64,000 bases of DNA, taken from NCBI GenBank assembly GCA_035570595.1, contig DATMLF010000147.1:852-64851 (forward strand), given 5' to 3'. Source of the DNA: Stellaceae bacterium. GTDB lineage: Bacteria > Pseudomonadota > Alphaproteobacteria > ATCC43930 > CGMCC-115725. Each line of letters starts with the position of its first letter. Position 1 is the first letter of the stretch. Under the pieces are notes generated by a model, which searched no databases, was not told where the DNA came from, and was given only the letters and a program-made list of their open reading frames with translations. Below are positions 57,380-64,000 of the stretch, one piece after another. The translations under genes were made by a program, and so were the position numbers.

Positions 57380-57395
57380 AAGTAAGCGCTCACTT
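57380..57395. promoter_or_regulatory. Candidate TetR operator: 16-bp near-palindrome AAGTAAGCGCTCACTT
   Basis: 14 of 16 positions are self-complementary. Ends 11 nt upstream of the tetR start codon. Confidence 0.4.
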
Positions 57396-57529
57396 ACCTT
57401 CAGTCAACAGGTCTTCTGCTGGCCGTCCGCGACCGCACGGCGGAACCCGCGCACATTGCATTAAATCCGTCTCGACGCCCTGAGATACCAGTCGCGACGC
57501 GGTGGTGGACCCGCCGCGCCCGCCTGCCG

Positions 57530-58339
57530 TCAGGCGCCCAAGCCCCAGCCGATCGCGTTGCGCAGCAACGTGTTGAACGCCGGCGTCTCCCACGGCCCGT
57601 GAAAAACCGGCGGCGTCGTGTCGGCGGGATCGGCGCTTCGCATCGCGCGGATCGCCGGGTTGTGGCAATGCCCGAGGGCGACGTAGGCGACGGCGCCCTC
57701 GCCGACCGCGCGGGCGTAGCCGACCACTCGTGTCCGGCCGTCGGCTTGCAGCGAGGTGTCTTCGGGGTAGAGCGTGCCGATTGCCGGCGACACCGCATCG
57801 GCGCCGTAATCCGCGGTCAGCAGGATTTCGGTCGAGCCCGGGTCCTGCAACTCGACGAAATAAGGCTCGTCCTCGACCTCGAACGACGAGCCGAGGCCGC
57901 GGGTCAGCGGGTGATCGGTCGCGCTGACTTCGACGCGAAACCCGCGGATCGGCGGATGGGTCAAAAACCGGCACCCGAGAACGCCATGGTGGTCGGTTCT
58001 GACGGTGCGGCGCTGGCGCAGACCCTCGACCCGCTCGGCGCGGCCGCCGCTCGTCCCGTGCAGGCCGAGCCAATGGCCGCCCGCTTCGAGCCAGCTTTCG
58101 ATGGCGCGCGATTGCGCCGCGTCGGGATAGGGGCCGGCAACGTAAGTGATCAACATCCGGCTGACCGGGAGCCATTTCTCGATGTCGGCGAAGTCGTTGG
58201 CGACCGAGGCCGGGATGTCCCGCTCGGCGAGCAGCCCCAGCAGGCGCAGGCGTGCGTAATCGTGGTCGTGCCCGGCCATCGCGCCCGGCGGAAAGCCGCC
58301 GGCCACCAGATGCGCGCGGGCGGGATTGTGCTCAGTCAT
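57530..58339 (-). CDS. ThuA-like domain protein
   Basis: 269 aa. LITYVAGPYPD...GGHWLGLHGTSGG pattern. Family assignment is by eye. Confidence 0.65.
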   Translation of the reverse strand: MTEHNPARAHLVAGGFPPGAMAGHDHDYARLRLLGLLAERDIPASVANDFADIEKWLPVSRMLITYVAGPYPDAAQSRAIESWLEAGGHWLGLHGTSGGRAERVEGLRQRRTVRTDHHGVLGCRFLTHPPIRGFRVEVSATDHPLTRGLGSSFEVEDEPYFVELQDPGSTEILLTADYGADAVSPAIGTLYPEDTSLQADGRTRVVGYARAVGEGAVAYVALGHCHNPAIRAMRSADPADTTPPVFHGPWETPAFNTLLRNAIGWGLGA

Positions 58340-58548
58340 CGGGTCACCTCGCTCGTTCTCGGCATCGGCAAAACCGCGTCAGCCAGTCTCTCACCTTCTC
58401 CCCGCCGCCGCCTACCTTGAAAAAAGGACTGGGGCAAACGGGATCGCGGCGATTGCGCAGCGGCTTGAACCAAGGCCGGCTTGAACCAAGTCCGGCGCGG
58501 ACGCGTTGAACAGCGCGACCACTCCGCTGATCGAGCTCATTCAAACTT

Positions 58549-61032
58549 ATGCAAAACACTCCGGACCGGGGGCCGGGAATCAGAGGCGAGCCGACGCCTG
58601 ATCCGGCGGCGCCGCGAAAGCCGGGCAGCCGGACGACGGCGGCAGGGTCGGAATTCCTCAAGGCGCTGGGCAGCGACCTCGCCGCGCTTGCCGCGCACCT
58701 GCGGGGCCGCCTTGCCGCCGCTCCACGATGGCCCGCGCGCCGAGCGTTGCCGGCCGGCCCTGGGTCAACGGCTCCGGGCCGGGCGCGCACCACCGGACGA
58801 AGCGTTCGCCGGCTGGTTCTCGGAGCCGCGATCGCGGCGACCGGCGTCGTGCTCGCCGTGTCCTGCGCGATGCTGTGGGCGGTGCTCGGCCTGCCGATCG
58901 ACCGGACGACGAGCGAGCCGGAAAAGCCGACCTTGGTGCTCACCGCGGCGAACGGCGAGCCGCTCGGCCGGGCCGGGCCGCTCACCGAGGCGGCCGTCCC
59001 GTTACAGGACTTCTCGCCGACCCTGATCAAGGCGGTGCTGAGCACCGAGGACCGTCGCTTCTACAGCCACGCCGGCATCGACCCGGTCGGGATCCTACGG
59101 GCGGCGCATGCGAACCGGGTTGCCGGGCAGATCACCGAGGGCGGCAGCACGATCACGCAACAGCTCGTCAAGCGGGAGTACCTCAACGACGACCGCAGCT
59201 ACGTGCGCAAGCTGCGCGAAGCGCTGATGGCGATCTGGCTCGAGGCGCATCTCAGCAAGGACCAGATCCTCACCCGCTATCTGAACCACGTCTATCTCGG
59301 GGATGGCGCCTTTGGCATGGCGGCGGCGGCGCGGCTCTATTTTGACAAGACCCCCGGCGACCTGACCTTGCCCGAGGCGGCGATGCTGGCGGGGCTGATC
59401 CAGGCGCCTTCGGCGTTCGACCCGCTGCGCCACTTGGCCGCGGCGCAGGCGCGCGCGGCGGCCGTTCTCGACGCGATGGTCGCCAATCACGCGATCGACG
59501 CACCGGCGGCGGCGGCCGCCAAGGCCGATCCCGCAACCGTCAAGTCCTCGTCCCGGCTGACGCCCGCCGCGTCGTGGTTTGCCGACTGGGTGGCAAAAGG
59601 AGCGGCGCCGCTCGCCGGCTCGCGAACCGGCATCGTGCGCGTGCGCACCACGCTCGTGCCCGGCCTGCAAGACTTGGCGCAGCGCGTCCTCGACGACGCC
59701 CTGGCCCAGCAAGGCCGCCGTCTCGGGGTCTCGCAAGGCGCGCTGGTGGTGATGCGGCCCGACGGGGCGGTGCTGGCGATGGTCGGCGGGCGCGACTACC
59801 GCCGCAGCCAGTTCAATAGTGCGACCGACGCCAACCGGCAACCGGGCTCGGCCTTTAAGCTGTTCGTCTACCTCGCTGCGCTGCGCCAGGGCTATGCCCC
59901 GCAGGACACGGTCGACGCCGGGCCGGTCGACATCAAAGGCTGGCAGCCGGCGAATTTCGACGACGAGCATTATGGCCGGATCACGCTCGCCGAGGCGTTT
60001 GCCCGGTCGGTCAACACGGCGGCGGTGCGCCTCGCGATGAAGGTCGGGCTAGGCAATGTGGTCGACGCCGCCCGCGACCTCGGCATCACCGAGCCGCTGC
60101 CGAAGGTGCCGAGCCTCGCGTTGGGCTCGGTCGGGGTCAGTCTTGTCGACCTGACCGGCGCCTTTGCCTCGGTGCGCGCCGACCGTATGAAGGTGCGGCC
60201 GTGGGGGGTGGCCGCAATCGGCGCCGCGGACGGCTCGCGAATGTTGGCGACAGTGCCGCCCTTGGCCTCGGGGCAAAGCTTGGGCCCCTACCAGAAGCCG
60301 CTCGTTGAGCTGCTGCAAGGGGTGGTCCAGCACGGCACCGGCCGGGCGGCGGCGCTCGACGGCTTTGCCGCGGGCAAGACCGGGACCAGTCAGGACTATC
60401 GCGACGCCTGGTTCGTCGGGTTTGACGATGCGCTCGTCGTCGGGGTCTGGGTCGGCAATGACGACGACAGCCCGATGAAGCGCGTGGTCGGCGGCGGCTT
60501 GCCGGCAGAGATCTGGAAGGCGTTCATGACCCGGGCGACGCCGGTCCTCGAGCAGCAAGGGACACCTGTCGCCACCGACGCGGCCCAACCCGAAGACGCG
60601 GCCGCGGTGGACGATCAGGGGACCGAGGGATCGACCGGCCAGCCCGTCGCGGGCTTTTGCGACTACCAGGCCTGCTCCAGCACCTATCACTCGTTCCGCG
60701 CCTCCGACTGCACCTACCAGCCCTACGACGGCGGCCCGCGGCAGCTGTGCGAAAAGGGCGCGCCGCCGCCGTCCAGCGAGCGGGTCAGCGCGGCCGACGA
60801 GCCTTCGGGAGCAGCGCCGTCGGGAGCAGCGCCGTCGGGAGCAGGGGCGTCGGGAGCAACGCCGTCAGGCGCAGCGCCGTCAGGCGCAGCGCCGTCGGGA
60901 GCAATGGCCGAAGCATCGCCCCCGACGCAATGCAATGTCGCTGCCTGCGCCGCGCACTACTCCTCGTTTCGCGCTTCCGATTGCACCTACCAGCCCTATG
61001 ATGGCGGCCCGCGGCAGCTCTGCGAGAAATAA
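58549..61032 (+). CDS. Class A penicillin-binding protein (glycosyltransferase + transpeptidase) with a C-terminal twin BA14K-like extension
   Basis: STEDRRFYSHAGID and EGGSTITQQL (GT51). SAFK (SxxK), KTGTS (transpeptidase). C-terminal modules at 60658-60750 and 60931-61023. Confidence 0.9.
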   Translation: MQNTPDRGPGIRGEPTPDPAAPRKPGSRTTAAGSEFLKALGSDLAALAAHLRGRLAAAPRWPARRALPAGPGSTAPGRARTTGRSVRRLVLGAAIAATGVVLAVSCAMLWAVLGLPIDRTTSEPEKPTLVLTAANGEPLGRAGPLTEAAVPLQDFSPTLIKAVLSTEDRRFYSHAGIDPVGILRAAHANRVAGQITEGGSTITQQLVKREYLNDDRSYVRKLREALMAIWLEAHLSKDQILTRYLNHVYLGDGAFGMAAAARLYFDKTPGDLTLPEAAMLAGLIQAPSAFDPLRHLAAAQARAAAVLDAMVANHAIDAPAAAAAKADPATVKSSSRLTPAASWFADWVAKGAAPLAGSRTGIVRVRTTLVPGLQDLAQRVLDDALAQQGRRLGVSQGALVVMRPDGAVLAMVGGRDYRRSQFNSATDANRQPGSAFKLFVYLAALRQGYAPQDTVDAGPVDIKGWQPANFDDEHYGRITLAEAFARSVNTAAVRLAMKVGLGNVVDAARDLGITEPLPKVPSLALGSVGVSLVDLTGAFASVRADRMKVRPWGVAAIGAADGSRMLATVPPLASGQSLGPYQKPLVELLQGVVQHGTGRAAALDGFAAGKTGTSQDYRDAWFVGFDDALVVGVWVGNDDDSPMKRVVGGGLPAEIWKAFMTRATPVLEQQGTPVATDAAQPEDAAAVDDQGTEGSTGQPVAGFCDYQACSSTYHSFRASDCTYQPYDGGPRQLCEKGAPPPSSERVSAADEPSGAAPSGAAPSGAGASGATPSGAAPSGAAPSGAMAEASPPTQCNVAACAAHYSSFRASDCTYQPYDGGPRQLCEK
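60799..60903 (+). repeat. 15-nt tandem repeat x7 (in frame, (A/E/G/T)(P/A)SGA units) within the PBP gene
   Basis: GAGCCTTCGGGAGCA followed by six GCGCCGTCGGGAGCA-like units. Confidence 0.95.
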
Positions 61033-61194
61033 GCCTGGATGCCGGCGCGCCGCCGTGGGGCAAGCGTCACGGTCGGACCTCGCCTGATCGATCGATTCGA
61101 CTCACGGGGTATGTCTGAGCCCGCGTCTTCGCGCCCGCCGCCCGCGGGGCCGAGGGCTTTCATCGCAGACCTCCGTTGCCACAATGTGCTCAGA

Positions 61195-61225
61195 GAGGCC
61201 AAGCCGCGACCAGCGGCTTGGCCTC
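61195..61225 (+). other. Perfect 13-bp-stem hairpin (GAGGCCAAGCCGC-GACCA-GCGGCTTGGCCTC) in a 490-bp non-coding gap
   Basis: Read directly from the sequence. No T-tract follows, so it is not a canonical intrinsic terminator. Confidence 0.5.
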
Positions 61226-61524
61226 ATCGTTACGATGCATCACCACTCGTCACTTGGCATCTACCGGGCGGCACTCCACCACACCCGTGCCTGGCGGCAT
61301 TCTCGTCACCGCCGAACACGAAACGGCGAACACGAGCTCGATCGTCCGTCTGTGTCGGCGTCAAAAAGGAGTTTGAGTTGGCGCGGGTCTCGGTTAGGTC
61401 GCGCGGCCGGGTCGGCGCGCCGCAATTCTGCCCAGCTCGGCGGCTATTCGCCGGGCTGACTTGGCGGTTCCAGCCGTACAATCTTTAGCATCTTGCCAGC
61501 CGGACAATCCGCGGAGGCCCATCC

Positions 61525-62211
61525 GTGCCCGATACCGCCGCCCCTAGCCTTTCGGTCGTCGCCCTGTTCCTGCACGCCGACGTGGTCGTCAAGGGCGTGC
61601 TGCTGCTGCTGCTCGCCGCCTCGGTGTGGAGCTGGGCGGTCATCGTCGACAAGCTGTGGCGGCTTGGTGCGGCGCGCCGGTCGGCCCAGGCGCACGAGGC
61701 GCGGGTTGCCGCGGCGCGCTCCCCGGCGGAGCTGATGGCCCCGTCGGGCCGCCCCGAAGGCGGCGACCCGGCCGGCGTCGTGCTGGCGTCGGGCTGGGCA
61801 GAAAGCGCCGACGCGGCGCCGCCCGCGCCGGAAAGCCCGGGCGAGCGGCGCGAGCGCATCGAGCGCGCGATGCGGCTGGCGCTCAGCGCCGAATTGCGCC
61901 ACCTCGAGGCGCGGCTGCCGTTTCTCGCGACCCTGGGGTCGGCCGCGCCGTTCATCGGGCTGTTCGGCACGGTATGGGGGATCATGCGCAGCTTTACCGG
62001 CATCGCCGCCGCCAACAACACCAGCCTGGCGGTGGTGGCGCCAGGCATCGCCGAGGCACTGTTCGCGACCGCGATGGGGCTCGCCGCGGCGATCCCGGCG
62101 GTCGTCGCCTACAACAAGATCACCGTCGATCTCGGGCGCTTCGCCGGGCGCATGAATGGCCTGATCGGGCGCTGCGGCAGCATTCTGTCGCGCCTCCCGC
62201 GGGAGACCTGA
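61525..62211 (+). CDS. exbB: MotA/TolQ/ExbB proton-channel protein
   Basis: 3 TM segments. GLFGTVWGIMRSF and APGIAEALFATAMGL signatures. Confidence 0.85.
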   Translation: MPDTAAPSLSVVALFLHADVVVKGVLLLLLAASVWSWAVIVDKLWRLGAARRSAQAHEARVAAARSPAELMAPSGRPEGGDPAGVVLASGWAESADAAPPAPESPGERRERIERAMRLALSAELRHLEARLPFLATLGSAAPFIGLFGTVWGIMRSFTGIAAANNTSLAVVAPGIAEALFATAMGLAAAIPAVVAYNKITVDLGRFAGRMNGLIGRCGSILSRLPRET

Positions 62212-62213
62212 GA

Positions 62214-62648
62214 ATGGCAGTGCCGCTGCCTCCCTCCGGCGACAACGCCGAGGAGCGCTATCAGCCAATGGCCGAGATCAACGTCACTCCGATGGTCGAC
62301 GTGATGCTGGTGCTACTGGTGATCTTCATGGTCACGGCACCGCTCTTGATGGTCGGCGTGCCGCTCGACCTGCCAAAGACGCGGGCGGCGGCGATCACGA
62401 TGCCCAAAAAGCCGATTATTCTGAGCCTCAACCGCGGCGGCGAGATCTTTATCGGCGACGACCCGGTCGCGCCCGGCGCGCTCGAAGGCCGGCTGGCGGC
62501 GCTCGCCGCCGACGACCCGGGGCGCATCGTTTACGTGCGCGGCGACAAGACGATTACCTACGCCCAGCTGATGGACATGTTGAGCGAGGTCAACCGGGCC
62601 GGTTTTGGCAAGGTGTCGCTGGTCGCCGAGGCGTCCAGGTCGAAGTGA
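62214..62648 (+). CDS. exbD: ExbD/TolR family protein
   Basis: EINVTPMVDVMLVLLVIFMV TM segment containing the conserved Asp. Starts 2 nt after the exbB stop. Confidence 0.85.
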   Translation: MAVPLPPSGDNAEERYQPMAEINVTPMVDVMLVLLVIFMVTAPLLMVGVPLDLPKTRAAAITMPKKPIILSLNRGGEIFIGDDPVAPGALEGRLAALAADDPGRIVYVRGDKTITYAQLMDMLSEVNRAGFGKVSLVAEASRSK

Positions 62649-63448
62649 GCGGCTTCCGACTGCCGCTGGCGCTGTCGCTGGCGGCGCACGCGATCGTGCT
62701 GGCCGTGCTGTGGCTGGCGCCGGCGCCGGCGCCGCCGTTGACGCCGCCGCCCCCGAGCGCCGGGATCGAGGTCGCGTTCGCGCCGTCGCTGCCAAAGCCC
62801 GAGACGCCGCCGGCGCCGGCGCCGGTCAAGGCCGCCCCGCCGCCGCCCGCCCCGCCACCGCCGACCCCGCCGCCTCCTCCGCCGCCACCCCAGCCGGTCG
62901 CGGCGCCGCCCCCGCCGCCGGTCGAGCCGCCGCCGCCCGCGCCCGAGGCGACCGTGGCGTTCCCCGAGCCGCCGCTGCCGCCGCCTCCCAAACCGCGGGT
63001 CCCGGTGCGCCGGCCCCCGGTTCAGCGCGCGGAACGGCCGCCGCCGCGCCCGGTCTTCGCCGCGCCGCAACCGGCACCCTATGTCCCCGCGGCGCCGCCG
63101 GCCGCGAGCCGGGAGGCGGCGCTGGCCCCGGCGCGGGTTCCGCCGCCGACCTCGAACGCCGTCAGCCCGGGTTACGAGGCGCTGCTCGGCGAATGGCTAA
63201 ACAACCACAAGCGCTATCCCGAAAGCGCCCGCGAACATGGCGAGGAAGGCCGCGCGGTATTGCATTTCGCGGTCGAGCGCAGCGGTCGCGTGACCGAGTT
63301 CGCGGTGGTCCGCAGCTCGGGTTATCCCGATCTCGACGCGGCGCTCGAGGAGATGATGCGGGGGGCAACCTTGCCGCCTTTCCCGGCCGACATGCCGCAG
63401 CCGAGCGTCAGCGTGTCGGTGACGATCCGGTTCAGCCTGGAGCACTAA
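62645..63448 (+). CDS. tonB: Energy transducer TonB
   Basis: N-terminal TM anchor, long Pro-rich spacer, C-terminal TonB fold (YPESAREHGEEGRAVLHFAVERSGRV...). GTG overlaps the exbD stop. Confidence 0.8.
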   Translation: MSGFRLPLALSLAAHAIVLAVLWLAPAPAPPLTPPPPSAGIEVAFAPSLPKPETPPAPAPVKAAPPPPAPPPPTPPPPPPPPQPVAAPPPPPVEPPPPAPEATVAFPEPPLPPPPKPRVPVRRPPVQRAERPPPRPVFAAPQPAPYVPAAPPAASREAALAPARVPPPTSNAVSPGYEALLGEWLNNHKRYPESAREHGEEGRAVLHFAVERSGRVTEFAVVRSSGYPDLDAALEEMMRGATLPPFPADMPQPSVSVSVTIRFSLEH

Positions 63449-63527
63449 AGCTCCACCGCGCGCCGGTCGGTCATGCCCACCCGAGGCGGGCTCCCGCCGA
63501 CGACGGGCGACGAAGATGACACCGCGG

Positions 63528-64000
63528 TCACTTCTCCGGTTCGATCAGGCCGGCGACAAACCAGCGCTGCATCGCCAGCACGACGATGACCGGCGGCAAA
63601 ATCGCCAGCAACGCGGTGGCCATCACCAGATGCCAGGCGGTCTCGGCGTCACCGGTGCCGATCATCTGGCGGATACCGATCACGATCGTCGTCATGCCGG
63701 GGCTGTCGGTCACCAGCAGTGGCCACAGATACTGGTTCCAGCCGTAGATGAACAGGATCACGAACAGGGCGGCGATGTTGGTGCGCGACAATGGGATCGC
63801 GACCCACACAAAAAACCGCCACGGCCCGGCGCCGTCGAGCTTTGCCGCCTCGGCTAGCTCGTCGGGGATCGTCAAAAAAAACTGCCGGAACAGCAACGTC
63901 GCGGTCGCCGAGGCGATCAGCGGGAGCGCCAGACCGGCATAAGTGTCGACCAGCCGCAGGTCGGCGGCGACCTTGTAGGTCGGTATGATCCGCACCTCGA
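63528..64000 (-). CDS. Carbohydrate-type ABC transporter permease, N-terminus outside window
   Basis: EAA loop [25 protein letters not shown]. The ORF runs off the window edge. Confidence 0.8.
   Translation of the reverse strand, partial: EVRIIPTYKVAADLRLVDTYAGLALPLIASATATLLFRQFFLTIPDELAEAAKLDGAGPWRFFVWVAIPLSRTNIAALFVILFIYGWNQYLWPLLVTDSPGMTTIVIGIRQMIGTGDAETAWHLVMATALLAILPPVIVVLAMQRWFVAGLIEPEK

Noticed and set aside
61377-61490. A small TTG-initiated ORF after an AAAGGAG tract in the exbB upstream gap.
   Set aside because: It is a 37-codon Arg-rich peptide with no conservation evidence and atypical composition.
62760-63000. Highly repetitive CCGCCG-rich stretch, and the 60799-60903 tandem repeat, as possible CRISPR or non-coding arrays.
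   Set aside because: Both are in frame inside clear genes (the TonB Pro-rich spacer and the PBP linker), and no spacer-repeat architecture exists.
61525-63448. The three-gene set as tolQ-tolR-tolA.
   Set aside because: The third protein has a Pro-rich spacer and a TonB-type C-terminal domain, and no tolB/pal genes follow. It is called exbB-exbD-tonB, although TolQ/ExbB cannot be separated rigorously by eye.

Overview
This is a visibly GC-rich 64 kb chromosomal segment (GC not computed). It looks alphaproteobacterial, Hyphomicrobiales/Bradyrhizobiaceae-like, judged from protein families and the types of intergenic palindromic repeats. I call 58 protein-coding genes (two cut by the window edges), one probable gene remnant and one tRNA-Arg(CCG). 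I saw no rRNA, CRISPR array, transposase, integrase or phage genes.

Most of the content is ordinary housekeeping and catabolic genes:
- DNA repair and replication: polA, an ada operon, msrA.
- Envelope and transport: ggt, a class A PBP, exbB-exbD-tonB, a TetR-MFP-RND efflux operon, ABC permeases.
- Catabolism: many oxidoreductases, hydrolases and CoA-dependent enzymes.

Coding calls rest on the supplied ORF track plus motifs I recognised by eye. Start codons were refined using RBS-like purine tracts and neighbour spacing, and they remain uncertain. The many long Arg/Ala/Pro-rich ORFs antisense to recognisable genes are treated as GC-content artefacts.

I found no clear-cut novel multi-gene system such as a defence island. 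The most interesting candidates are:
1. An overlapping GTP-cyclohydrolase-II-like + DUF1688 pair, the URC1/URC4 families of the biochemically unresolved yeast uracil catabolic route (21258-23703).
2. A stand-alone cobalamin-type radical SAM enzyme bracketed by REP-like palindromes (26640-28367).
3. A tandem-fused family III CoA-transferase whose second half seems to lack the catalytic Asp (32432-35005).
4. A lipoprotein hydrolase followed 3 nt later by a bacterial CarS (CDP-archaeol synthase)-like membrane protein (41192-42769).
5. A class A PBP ending in two BA14K-like Cys/Tyr modules separated by a 15-nt x7 tandem repeat (58549-61032).
6. A Gly-zipper repeat lipoprotein followed by a Cys-rich radical SAM gene (19724-21051).

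Three families of intergenic REP-like palindromes recur in the window.
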